A model generated the notes under the pieces. The model worked only from the letters and a program-made list of their open reading frames with translations, was not told where the DNA came from and searched no databases. A stretch of DNA of 64,000 bases from an uncultured cyanobacterium (GTDB lineage: Bacteria > Cyanobacteriota > Cyanobacteriia > Cyanobacteriales > CAWCAG01), in assembly GCA_963793425.1 (NCBI GenBank), contig CAWCAG010000005.1, positions 96,001 through 160,000 on the forward strand, in the 5' to 3' direction. Position 1 is the stretch's first letter, and each line of letters begins with the position of its first letter. A program made the position numbers and the translations under genes. Below are positions 1 through 9,406 of this stretch, in pieces.

Positions 1-379
1 TTTTTCTGGGCATATCACTAGAACCGTACAGAATTAAATCAAAGTTCTCGTGAAGCAGAAACAAATCATCAAATAAAAGCAGCGTTGACAAAAGCCCAGA
101 AAACAGTAGGAATAACACAACCCGGTGCTTACCCCTTGCCTCACCATATCGTGAAATCAGGAATGAGCAAAACAAGCAGATGGTTACGGTTGCACACCAA
201 AATAAATTACCGATTTGAGATACAATGCCGGTGTAAGGCGCTTGTTTAGCAAATCCATTTGGATCTGCAACCAGTTGCTCTGGGTGAATATTAGCAACTT
301 TGGCCACAATATAAGTTAAAATAATTAAGCAAGCACAAGGAAGATAAACCTTGACTAGGGTTTGAAAAGAGACTGACAT
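1..379 (-). CDS. Integral membrane protein, partial (runs off the left edge)
   Basis: Translated by hand from ATG at 379: MSVSFQTLVKVYLPCACLIILTYIVAKVANIHPEQLVADP...YTGIVSQIGNLFWCATVTICLF...LLFSGLLSTLLLFDDLFLLHE. Open to the window edge with several hydrophobic helices; not in the ORF track. Confidence 0.75.
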   Translation of the reverse strand, partial: MSVSFQTLVKVYLPCACLIILTYIVAKVANIHPEQLVADPNGFAKQAPYTGIVSQIGNLFWCATVTICLFCSFLISRYGEARGKHRVVLFLLFSGLLSTLLLFDDLFLLHENFDLILYGSSDMPRK

Positions 380-972
380 GACAGAGAGAAAACTTTAAAT
401 TTGATTATGTTTATTTAAAGTAATCTTAACCCAAGCATAACCTCAAGAGCTATTGCTGTAATTTTTCTTTTTTTTCTTGACAGGAATGGAATTGCCTCCT
501 CACCTACTCTTACTCCCTACCCTCACCGGTAACTTATGCTATTTAAACAGGATTTGGTATGATTTGGGCGATCGCAGCCATGATTTTGAACGTAAATATA
601 GATAAAAACGTGGTCTTTAATGATCTTTGTATAACTGCTATAAAAACCATACCCTGTTATGGTTGAGCAGCTTAGTCGTAAATAATTTTGTATAATGTGT
701 TACGATTAAACTAAAGCTAAGTTTAAAACGGAACTCACTTAAGGTCTGAAGTTCTCGCTGCAAAATCAACACCGCTTAGGCTTTGAAAGAATCAACTAGA
801 TTATAAGATTTTTATTGCATAAGATTTTTTGACAGCTTTTTTTGCGAAAGCAAATAAGGCAGAGTTTGTGCAACATTTTTGCCTAAAAAATTAAGCCTGA
901 ATTTTTAGAGAAGTTTAGTAGATGCAACAAACTTCTTGAATATTTGGGAATATATTAAAGGAAATTGTTTTA

Positions 973-2094
973 ATGGCAATCGTAAAAGAAACAGCCTTGG
1001 TTTACTGTGAAAACCAATTCGGTTTAGTGGATGGAAAGACTGCCGCAGCATTGGTTCGCCACTCCGAAATTTATACTATTGTTGGAGTAATTGATAGTTC
1101 CTTGGCTGGTAAGGATGCAGGGGAAGCATTGGGAGAAAAAAAGAGTGGTATTCCCATTTTTGCTAATTTAGATGAAGCTTTGAGTAAACTTTCACAAGTT
1201 CCAAGCTGTTACATTTATGGCAAGGCTCCCTTAGACGCTTATATATCCATAGAAGAGAGGTTTCTCATCTTAGAAGCGATGGAAAAAGGCATGGATATTA
1301 TTAATGGTCTTCATCAATTTTTCTCTGAAGATCAAGAGTTTGTTGATCTGGCTGCCCATAACCAGGTCAAGATTAAAGACATTAGAAAACCGCCGCAATT
1401 AAATGATTTGCACGTCTTTACTGGTCAAATATCTGAAGTTAATGTACCTGTAATTGCTGTGTTGGGTACTGATTGTGCTTGTGGAAAAATGACCACCGCA
1501 GTAGAACTCAACAAGGCATTAAATAATCTTGGCATCAAGTCGTTACTGGTTGCAACAGGACAAACTAGCTTGATGCAAGGAGCAATGTACGGTGTATCAA
1601 TCGATGCTCTTATTTCTCAGTTTGTGATTGGCGAGATCGAAAACGCTGTTGTTCAAAGCTTTGACAATGAAAGTCCTGACCTTATTTTAGTGGAGGGACA
1701 GAGTGCTGTTAGTCATCCTGCTTTCATGAGTTCTGTGGGCATTTTGAAAGGAAGTATGCCCGACGGTATTGTCCTGCAACATCCACCAGCAAGGAAGTTT
1801 CGCTGCGACTTTCCCCATTTGGCAATGCCAACTGTTGGGGGAGAAATCAAACTAATTGAAGCGATTTCGACCGCTAGGGTAATGGCGATCACCTTAAGCC
1901 ATGAAAATTTAGAAGAGAGAGAAATTCTCACAATTATAGAGGATTATGAGCAGCGCTTTCAATTGCCAACAACGGATGTATTGAGTTATGGCTGTCAGAA
2001 AATTGTACAAACATTAGTTAATAATTTTCCTAAATTGAAGCAAAAAATCGTGAGAAAGAAGTCAGAGAAAGTTCCTGTGTTGGCAACAAGATAG
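973..2094 (+). CDS. DUF1611 family protein (Rossmann-like N-terminus plus P-loop domain; DgcN-like)
   Basis: N-terminal GKTAAALVRHS, INGLHQF, IRKPP, VLGTDCACGKMTT P-loop, ATGQT and LVEGQSAVSHP motifs. Confidence 0.85.
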   Translation: MAIVKETALVYCENQFGLVDGKTAAALVRHSEIYTIVGVIDSSLAGKDAGEALGEKKSGIPIFANLDEALSKLSQVPSCYIYGKAPLDAYISIEERFLILEAMEKGMDIINGLHQFFSEDQEFVDLAAHNQVKIKDIRKPPQLNDLHVFTGQISEVNVPVIAVLGTDCACGKMTTAVELNKALNNLGIKSLLVATGQTSLMQGAMYGVSIDALISQFVIGEIENAVVQSFDNESPDLILVEGQSAVSHPAFMSSVGILKGSMPDGIVLQHPPARKFRCDFPHLAMPTVGGEIKLIEAISTARVMAITLSHENLEEREILTIIEDYEQRFQLPTTDVLSYGCQKIVQTLVNNFPKLKQKIVRKKSEKVPVLATR

Positions 2095-2117
2095 GTTTAA
2101 TTTTGAAAAAATAAGTA

Positions 2118-3197
2118 ATGAAATTGTTCCTGCCCAGAATAGAGATTATTCTATCTAAAATACAGGATAATGCCAGGATGCTTTGCGAACTTTATGGGCA
2201 AAAAGGGATTTCTGTCATGGGAGTTTCTAAAGCAGTTTTAGGAGAACCTGCTATTATCGAAGCTATGATTCAAGGGGGAGTTAAATTTATTGCTGACTCT
2301 CGCCTAGAAAATATTCAAAAGATGAGAAAGGCAGGAATTGCTACTCAGTTTGTTCTTTTGCGTACTCCTTTGAGTCAGGCTGAAGCTGTGGTTGAAAGTG
2401 CAGATATTAGCTTGAATACGGAGATGGAAACTCTAAAAAAGCTTGCTTATTATGCCGAAGTACATAATAAAATTCATCAGGTAATTATTATGGTGGAGTT
2501 AGGTGATCTGCGGGAAGGCATATTACCTAGGGATCTTCTTCAATTTATTAGGAAAACCCTAGCTTTACCTTATCTAAAAGTTGTGGGCATTGGCTGTAAT
2601 TTGGCTTGTTATGGTGGTGTGAAGCCAGATACTCAGAATATGAATGAATTATCTAATCTGGTTGAGCTAATTGAAAAAGAATTACAGCTTGATTTAGCAA
2701 TAATTTCAGGGGGAAATTCCGCAAATTATGAGTGGTATAAATCTGCCCAAGATATTGGTAAAATTAATAATCTTCGCTTAGGTGAATCTATTTTTTTAGG
2801 TTGCGAAACAGTTAACCGCAAAGCTATCCCCGGTTTGCACACCAGTGCATTTCAACTTGTTGCTGAAGTGATCGAATCAAAAAAAAAGCCATCTTTGCCC
2901 ATAGGAGAAATATGTCAAGACGCTTTTGGTAATGTTCCTAGTTTCCCAGATCGAGGAATTCGCCAAAGAGTAATTATTGCTTTAGGAAGACAGGATGTTT
3001 TGGTATCTGGCTTGAAGTCGAATCAGCAGCTAGAAACATTAGGATCTAGCAGTGATCAAATTATTCTCGATGGTGAGAATCATAATTTACAGGTTGGAGA
3101 CGAGGTGAATTTTAACCTAGATTACGGCGGCCTTCTCGCAGCTATGACTTCTCCTTTTATTAAAAAGCAATTTATCAAGCCGAAGTACTCCTCTTAA
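2118..3197 (+). CDS. Alanine/ornithine racemase family PLP-dependent enzyme (fold type III)
   Basis: GVSK PLP lysine, ADSRLEN, MVELGDLREG, GCNLACYGG, SGGNS, LRLGE and GSSSD. Starts 23 nt after the DUF1611 gene. Confidence 0.85.
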   Translation: MKLFLPRIEIILSKIQDNARMLCELYGQKGISVMGVSKAVLGEPAIIEAMIQGGVKFIADSRLENIQKMRKAGIATQFVLLRTPLSQAEAVVESADISLNTEMETLKKLAYYAEVHNKIHQVIIMVELGDLREGILPRDLLQFIRKTLALPYLKVVGIGCNLACYGGVKPDTQNMNELSNLVELIEKELQLDLAIISGGNSANYEWYKSAQDIGKINNLRLGESIFLGCETVNRKAIPGLHTSAFQLVAEVIESKKKPSLPIGEICQDAFGNVPSFPDRGIRQRVIIALGRQDVLVSGLKSNQQLETLGSSSDQIILDGENHNLQVGDEVNFNLDYGGLLAAMTSPFIKKQFIKPKYSS

Positions 3198-3266
3198 AAA
3201 TCCCCCGTCACCCTCTAAAAAAAGGGGATTCAGGGGACAAAGTTATTTAGCGCGATCGCACCAAAA

Positions 3267-5804
3267 TCAAGTATTAACGTTTAAGGCAGCGTTATCCTGC
3301 ACATACTCATCTAACTCAATTTTCACTGGTTTAACTTGCCAAATATCCTGGCAATATTCCCGAATTGTGCGGTCAGAAGAGAATTTGCCCATATTGGCAG
3401 AGTTGAGAATAGACATCCTTGTCCATTTTTCTTGGTCTTGATAAACTTGGCTAACCTGTTCTTGACAATCAAGGTAAGATTGGTAATCTACCATCAGCAT
3501 ATACTGGTCGTCATAGAGTAAAGAGTCCACAAGGGGCTTAAAGAGATTGGTATCTCCATGGGAGAAGTAGCCAGAGGCGATGCGGTCAATGACCGCTTTT
3601 AGTTCTAAGTTGCGTCTGTAGTAGTGCATAGGCTCATAACCTTTAGCTTTCATTGCTTGCACTTCAGCAGCCGTTAGACCAAAGAGGAAGAAGTTTTCTG
3701 CACCGGCTTCTTCACGAATCTCGATATTCGCCCCATCTAATGTACCAACGGTGAGTGCGCCGTTCATGGCAAACTTCATGTTACCTGTACCAGAAGCTTC
3801 TTTACCCGCTGTGGAAATTTGTTCGGAAAGATCCGCTGCCGGATAAATTTTCTGGCCAAGAGAGACGCTGAAGTTGGCTATAAATACCACCTTTAAGCGA
3901 CCCCGTACATCAGGATCTTTGTTAACTACTTCGGCGACAGAGTTAACTAGTTTGATGATTAGCTTAGCAGTGAAGTAACCAGGGGCCGCTTTGCCACCGA
4001 AAATAAAAGTTCGGGGTTGAATATCAATGTTGGGATTTTTCTTGATGCGGTTGTAGAGGGTGATGATGTGCAGAACATCTAGCAGTTGGCGCTTATATTC
4101 GTGGAGACGCTTAACCAATACATCAAAGATGGAATTAGGGTCTACCCGCAAACCTTTTTGTTTCCAGATATAGGTAGCTAACTTGCGCTTATTTTCGAGT
4201 TTAATTGCCTGCCAGCGATCACAAAACTCAGCATCATCAACAAAGGTTGCTAATTTTTCGAGTTTATCTAAGTTAGTTAGCCAACCATCACCAATTTTTT
4301 CGGTAATTAGAGTCGCCAGTTTGGGGTTACTTAGCAACATCCAACGACGGGGTGTGACTCCGTTAGTCATGTTGAAGAATTTTTCTGGCCATAGTTCAGC
4401 AAAATCTCTTAAGGTATCTTGCTTCAGCAATTTGGTATGGAGTGCTGCTACTCCATTAACGGCGTGACTGCCCACACAAGCTAAGTTAGCCATGCGGATA
4501 GATTTGATCGGGGATTCTTCAATAATGGAGAGTCGGTTTGCCCTTGCGTCGTCTCCAGGATACCAGGTTTGGATATCTTCCATGAAGCGATGATTAATTT
4601 CGTAAATAATTTCTAAATGCCTGGGCAACAAGCTTTCAAATAAACTAACCGGCCAACGTTCTAAAGCTTCAGGCAAAAGAGTATGGTTGGTGTAAGCAAA
4701 GGTTTGTTGGGTAATTTCCCAAGCTGTATCCCAATGCAAGTTATGTTCATCTACTAATAAGCGCATCAATTCAGCAATACTTACAGCCGGGTGAGTGTCA
4801 TTTAGTTGAACAGCAACCCTTGCATGAAGGTTATGCAAATTGTTGTTATGACGCAGATGATTACGAATAATATCTTGCAAGGAAGCAGAGACGAAGAAGA
4901 ATTGTTGTTCTAAGCGTAACTGCCGACCTTGGGGAGTATTGTCGTTAGGATAGAGGACTTTGGAGATTGTCTCTGAAGTCATCTTGTCATAAACAGCATG
5001 GTCGTAGTTACCGGCATTAAAAGCCTCAAAATCAAATTCGTCACTAGCTTCAGCTTTCCAAAGCCGTAGAGGATTAACGGTGTTGGTGTTATATCCAGGT
5101 ACAGGAGTATCATAGGGAACAGCTATAACTGTCCTTTCAGGAACCCAAGATACTCGGTATTGTCCTTTTTTGGAGCAGTAGGTTTCTGTATGACCCCCAA
5201 ATTTAATTTCTACGGTGTCTTCAGGACGAGCAATTTCCCAAGGATTGCCAAAACGCAGCCATTTATCAGGAATTTCTACTTGCCAACCATCTTGAATGAC
5301 TTGGTGGAAAATACCAAACTCATAGCGAATTCCATAGCCAATGGCAGGAATTTCTAAGGCAGCTAAGGAATCAAGGAAACAAGCGGCTAGTCTTCCCAAA
5401 CCACCATTACCCAAACCAGGATCTACTTCTTGTTCCATCAACTCTTCTAGATTCAACCCTGATTCTTCTACAACCTGCTGCATTTTTTCATAAAGGCCCA
5501 TATTAATCAGGTTGTTACCCAGATGACGACCCATGAGAAATTCTGCTGATAGGTAACAAACAGTCTTAGCATCTCGGTCAGAATAAGTTTTGGAGGTTTT
5601 TAACCAACGTTGTAACAATCTATCCCTGACAGTGTATGCCAAAGCCATATAAAAGTCTTTGAGAGTAGCTAAGGATTGGTGTTTGCCTTGAATATAAAAA
5701 AGATTATCAGCAAAAGCCCGCTTCAGGGTTTCGATACTCATCCCTGTGCGGTCGTCTTCTACTTGAATGTTGATGGGTTTTACGAGGTTGGTTTTTTGAT
5801 TCAC
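3267..5804 (-). CDS. glgP: Glycogen/alpha-glucan phosphorylase
   Basis: [29 protein letters not shown] and EASGTGNMK (PLP lysine). GTG start with an AGGAG RBS at 5811-5815. Confidence 0.97.
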   Translation of the reverse strand: MNQKTNLVKPINIQVEDDRTGMSIETLKRAFADNLFYIQGKHQSLATLKDFYMALAYTVRDRLLQRWLKTSKTYSDRDAKTVCYLSAEFLMGRHLGNNLINMGLYEKMQQVVEESGLNLEELMEQEVDPGLGNGGLGRLAACFLDSLAALEIPAIGYGIRYEFGIFHQVIQDGWQVEIPDKWLRFGNPWEIARPEDTVEIKFGGHTETYCSKKGQYRVSWVPERTVIAVPYDTPVPGYNTNTVNPLRLWKAEASDEFDFEAFNAGNYDHAVYDKMTSETISKVLYPNDNTPQGRQLRLEQQFFFVSASLQDIIRNHLRHNNNLHNLHARVAVQLNDTHPAVSIAELMRLLVDEHNLHWDTAWEITQQTFAYTNHTLLPEALERWPVSLFESLLPRHLEIIYEINHRFMEDIQTWYPGDDARANRLSIIEESPIKSIRMANLACVGSHAVNGVAALHTKLLKQDTLRDFAELWPEKFFNMTNGVTPRRWMLLSNPKLATLITEKIGDGWLTNLDKLEKLATFVDDAEFCDRWQAIKLENKRKLATYIWKQKGLRVDPNSIFDVLVKRLHEYKRQLLDVLHIITLYNRIKKNPNIDIQPRTFIFGGKAAPGYFTAKLIIKLVNSVAEVVNKDPDVRGRLKVVFIANFSVSLGQKIYPAADLSEQISTAGKEASGTGNMKFAMNGALTVGTLDGANIEIREEAGAENFFLFGLTAAEVQAMKAKGYEPMHYYRRNLELKAVIDRIASGYFSHGDTNLFKPLVDSLLYDDQYMLMVDYQSYLDCQEQVSQVYQDQEKWTRMSILNSANMGKFSSDRTIREYCQDIWQVKPVKIELDEYVQDNAALNVNT

Positions 5805-6148
5805 AAGTGTCTCCTGTCTATTCTATAAAGACTATCTATATCGGTCATTAGTTGTAGCCTCCTGGTACAGCAGGCATCCTATCAGATTGCATCAGACGCA
5901 ATCAGTATTATTAACTTCACTGTAGACAACCAAATCGAAACCCTTGGTAGTTGCTCATTATTCTTTATACCCCTAGCTAAGAAAATTGTGTGTTCACTGA
6001 GATTGACAACTAATGAATGTACTCTAATTCGGCCTTTTTTAACGTTAATGGCGATCTGAGCAAATATGCTTAAACTTTTATACCATCTTTAAAGTTTTCT
6101 CTTCAGGTAATGCGATCCCACAGCAAAAGGTGATACCAAAACAATTTG

Positions 6149-6290
6149 ATACCAAATCCGCTTACAAAACCCTACTCCTTACAAGTGTAGGTTTTTTACA
6201 TTTAGCGATTTTTTTGCTAGGGAGCTAAGGAGGTGGGGAGCTAGGGGGCTAGGGAGAAAACTAATAGCTAATAGCTATTAGCAACTAGCC
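6149..6290 (+). repeat. Dispersed composite repeat (ATACCAAATCCG end, GGGAGCTA octamers, CTAATAG heptamers); copy 1
   Basis: Aligns by eye with the reverse complement of 46021-46140. Confidence 0.65.
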
Positions 6291-6299
6291 AAAACGCAA

Positions 6300-6779
6300 T
6301 TAACAACGAAGAATCGACCATTGCTCAGGCTTAGACTTATTTACTACCTTCACATCTGCATAGGTTTTTATCCATAAACTCGCTCCACAATCTTTCGGCG
6401 TTTCCGGGCAATAATCGATCCGACAATAGCCGAATATCTCTAGTTCATGACCACGAATGCTCTTTGAACCATGTTTGACAGTTAGCACATCTTTCAAGGG
6501 TACTTCGGGCCCTTGCTCAACAATGGTTTTAGCGTTGGTAGTGATGTGGTTTTTATTCACATAAATAGTTTTTGGCCCCCGTCCCTTTAAAGTACTCCAA
6601 CGAGGTTTAGGTCCTCTTCTGCCGCGAGAAACCTTGGGTTTGTCACGATATAAAGGTATGACCCAGCCTGTGCGCTTTTTATAAGCCCCTTTAATACGTT
6701 GTTGTTGAAGCAAGTAGAGAACTCTTCTTTGAGAAACTCTCAAGATTTGGGCAGCGATGGAGGTGTTGACGTATTTCAT
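6300..6779 (-). CDS. Excisionase/MerR-like HTH DNA-binding protein with a C-terminal domain of unknown function
   Basis: VNTSIAAQILRVSQRRVLYLLQQQRIKGAYK..WVIP HTH, then a basic RGRRGPKPRW linker. Confidence 0.7.
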   Translation of the reverse strand: MKYVNTSIAAQILRVSQRRVLYLLQQQRIKGAYKKRTGWVIPLYRDKPKVSRGRRGPKPRWSTLKGRGPKTIYVNKNHITTNAKTIVEQGPEVPLKDVLTVKHGSKSIRGHELEIFGYCRIDYCPETPKDCGASLWIKTYADVKVVNKSKPEQWSILRC

Positions 6780-6960
6780 GGCAGAATATGGCTGGAAAAC
6801 TATTCTAGTATTGTTTTGAGCAGGAAAAGCTATGAAAAAGACAATTCTTTTTTTAAACAGAGTTGCTATCTAGCTTAACTTTTTGTCTGTGGTTATGGAA
6901 GTATGTAGGGGCAACCCGTCTCTATTATTTTAGCTACGGGCAAATTAAACTAAATATAGT

Positions 6961-6990
6961 CAATGTTTAATGTTTAATGTTTAATGTTCA
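6961..6990. repeat. Short tandem heptamer repeat (AATGTTT) x4
   Basis: caatgtttaatgtttaatgtttaatgttca, directly at the stop codon of the 6988-7671 gene. Confidence 0.85.
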
Positions 6991-7671
6991 TTGAGCAAGT
7001 AATTCAATTAGTTCATCCTTTTTCTTGTTGCTATAACCAGACATTCCTCGCTTTTTGGCCATCTTTTTCAGGTCTTTGTTTGTCATAGTGGTTAAGATTG
7101 CTGGATCTTTAATCACGTCAGGTAGAGGTTGAGGGGTTAGTTCAAAGACTTCTTTAAGGGTATCGAGTTTTTTCCCCTTGGTGATGCCACATTTAAGTTT
7201 TGGGATTTCGTTGAAGTTTTGCCAATATTGCCGAGGGGCTTCATCAATACGGTTTGTGGCTACAGCAAGTTTCACTCCCTTAAGAGGGCTACCGGGTTTT
7301 TCAATGAGATATTGTAAGGTTGCTTGAATTTCATCTCTGGTGGCTGTAGAAAGATTGATTTTGGGGATTATTTCCCCGGCAAGAGTTTTAGCTGATTGAG
7401 CAGTTTCTTCACTATCATCGGCGATAATACACCAAACCTTTTCTAAACCGGCTTCTTCTGCCACCGCGTAAATAAATAAGTTGGCGATCGCTTCATAACT
7501 ATCTTCCCCAGTTTCTTTCACAATTAAAGGAAGCCAATTTCTTCCCCCGCAATCATTAAGGGTTTTTGCTGTAGCTTTAATTAAAAATTCTGGGGCATCT
7601 GTCCCTGTACTTGGTTCAATTTCTTCCAGGTATAAGTACATCAAATTGCCAATATCGCTTAAGTTACTCAT
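6988..7671 (-). CDS. Degenerate ParB-like N-terminus, helix-hairpin-helix and Rho-N/SAP-like C-terminal DNA-binding protein
   Basis: WLPLIVKETGEDSYEAIAN...AEEAGLEKVWCII is ParB/Srx-like, KINLSTATRDEI is ComEA-like HhH, MTNKDLKKMAKKRGMSGYSNKKKDELIELL is Rho N-terminal. ATGA overlap with the upstream gene. Confidence 0.7.
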   Translation of the reverse strand: MSNLSDIGNLMYLYLEEIEPSTGTDAPEFLIKATAKTLNDCGGRNWLPLIVKETGEDSYEAIANLFIYAVAEEAGLEKVWCIIADDSEETAQSAKTLAGEIIPKINLSTATRDEIQATLQYLIEKPGSPLKGVKLAVATNRIDEAPRQYWQNFNEIPKLKCGITKGKKLDTLKEVFELTPQPLPDVIKDPAILTTMTNKDLKKMAKKRGMSGYSNKKKDELIELLAQ

Positions 7672-9014
7672 TGTAAAAAATACTCCTTCGCTAAGCTTAA
7701 GTAATAATCCCGTGCGGTTTTATTTTTGTAGGTAGCCGGGATACGAGAAAAGGCGGCATCAGCTATATGAGCGTAGCTTGGTACGTCGAAAATGTGAAGG
7801 TCTTTTTTAGATGAAGTATAACGGGGATAAAAATAGGGAAGCAAATCAAATTTATGCTCTTTCTTTGCTTTTTGGATGATGTCTTGTATTGCTTTGTTAG
7901 CTGTATTTCTAGCCGCATCAGTAATCTTTTCACCATTGAAGAAAATCGGCAGGGCAATCGGCCCTCCATCTTTACGCTTTTCTTGCACGTCTGAAATATA
8001 TTTACTGATAGCTACAGCAGCATTTTCTAATGAAAAAATATTGTTGTGTTTGGTAGGTATAAAAACCACATCTGCTGCATAGATGGCGCTAATACTAAAA
8101 AACCTCCAATTTGGAGGCGAATCAATTAAGATATAGTCGTATTGTGATTTCAAACTACCTAGAAACTGACGCAATCGAAAACGCTTAAGATTTTGCCTTA
8201 AATCATCTTCTCCCATGTTTGAAAATTCTTCGTTAGCCGGAATAACATCAAAAATAAAGTCCTTATTGAGTTTTTTGAAATGAATTTTATAAGGACGCAC
8301 TACATCCTCAAACGGAACTTGATTCTTTTTATCTGCTAAGCAAGAGTAAAAAGTTACTTTTCCTGGTTTAATGCCTAATGAGTTAGTTAAGTCTTGTTGG
8401 TTAGGATCAAAATCAACAACTAAAACCTTTTTTCCTTTAATTGCTAAGACAGAAGCAAGATTAACTGTAGTTGTTGTTTTGCCTACTCCCCCTTTATTAT
8501 TATAAACTGCAACCGTTAATGCCCTGGGAGTATTTTTAATATTATTGGCAATCTTTTGGACATTTTCATTAACATTATCCGTGGTGATTTCTAGACATTG
8601 GGTAGCAGGATAAATAACCTTACCGTGCTTTCTAAATAACTGAATATGAGACGAGTTGGTAATAATTCCCCACTGCACGCTTTTACAATTTGGCGATAAT
8701 AAATAACGACGAATTTGTTTAACCGTAGATTTATATTGAGAAGAACCTTCAGCAAGATTAACATCTTTACCCTTAAGCTCAACTAATACAGAAGGGTTAG
8801 CTTTAGTTTGGAGAAAGATATCATCCTGAGTATTATGACGCAGGGCATAATCAACTGCATCATTCCCCCTCCCTGTAGAATATTGAGGAACCCTTTCCAT
8901 AAGATCAAAACCAAGGGCATTGAGAAAATCTGGAATAAAAATCTGGTCTACAATTGCCTCTGGTTCACGGTTAGGTAAATTTAGCAATGTTTGTTTGAGG
9001 GCTTGGTCGTTCAT
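7668..9014 (-). CDS. ParA-family ATPase fused to an N-terminal HsdR_N-like PD-(D/E)xK nuclease domain
   Basis: N-terminus: FIPDFLNALGF, AVDYAL, LVELKG, QIRRY, WGIITN. C-terminus: NNKGGVGKTT (deviant Walker A), VVDFDPNQ, YILIDSPP. Confidence 0.85.
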   Translation of the reverse strand: MNDQALKQTLLNLPNREPEAIVDQIFIPDFLNALGFDLMERVPQYSTGRGNDAVDYALRHNTQDDIFLQTKANPSVLVELKGKDVNLAEGSSQYKSTVKQIRRYLLSPNCKSVQWGIITNSSHIQLFRKHGKVIYPATQCLEITTDNVNENVQKIANNIKNTPRALTVAVYNNKGGVGKTTTTVNLASVLAIKGKKVLVVDFDPNQQDLTNSLGIKPGKVTFYSCLADKKNQVPFEDVVRPYKIHFKKLNKDFIFDVIPANEEFSNMGEDDLRQNLKRFRLRQFLGSLKSQYDYILIDSPPNWRFFSISAIYAADVVFIPTKHNNIFSLENAAVAISKYISDVQEKRKDGGPIALPIFFNGEKITDAARNTANKAIQDIIQKAKKEHKFDLLPYFYPRYTSSKKDLHIFDVPSYAHIADAAFSRIPATYKNKTARDYYLSLAKEYFLQ

Positions 9015-9406
9015 AATTTAGTTACGTTTAACGAGCCTTAATCTTCTCTTATGATAGATATTTTATCTCATTATATTCACCACAGGTATTTATAAAAAGA
9101 GTAAAATAATCAAGGAAAAACACTGAAGAATTATTTTGCTAATCCCTCATTGTTATGAAAAGGACAAATTTTGCGATTCGCCAAAAACAAGTAGTCGTAC
9201 AAAATTGTTTGTCTATTTCTTGTTCATCTCTTCCCTTTCACAATATTTTTTCTGATCACAAATACAGTAGGGGTTTTCTCTAAAAAAATAGCTTGTATCA
9301 ACTAACTGACAAAGCTTCTAGAGATTTCCCCTCCGGACAGGGACAAAATCAGGAACAATTTGACAATATCTACCAAAATTTAACAACTAGCCATCAAAAA
9401 CCCAAA

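Noticed and set aside
7668..9014. Ordinary chromosome/plasmid ParA or a type I R-M HsdR
   Set aside because: No canonical ParB with GxxR and HTH, no replicon, no helicase domain and no hsdM/hsdS in the window.
9293..9406. 38-aa N-terminal extension of CupA from TTG at 9293
   Set aside because: CupA similarity begins at ATG 9407, which gives the expected length.
9015..9406. NdhR/CcmR box (ATAG-N8-CTAT) upstream of cupA
   Set aside because: I found no match with correct spacing by eye.
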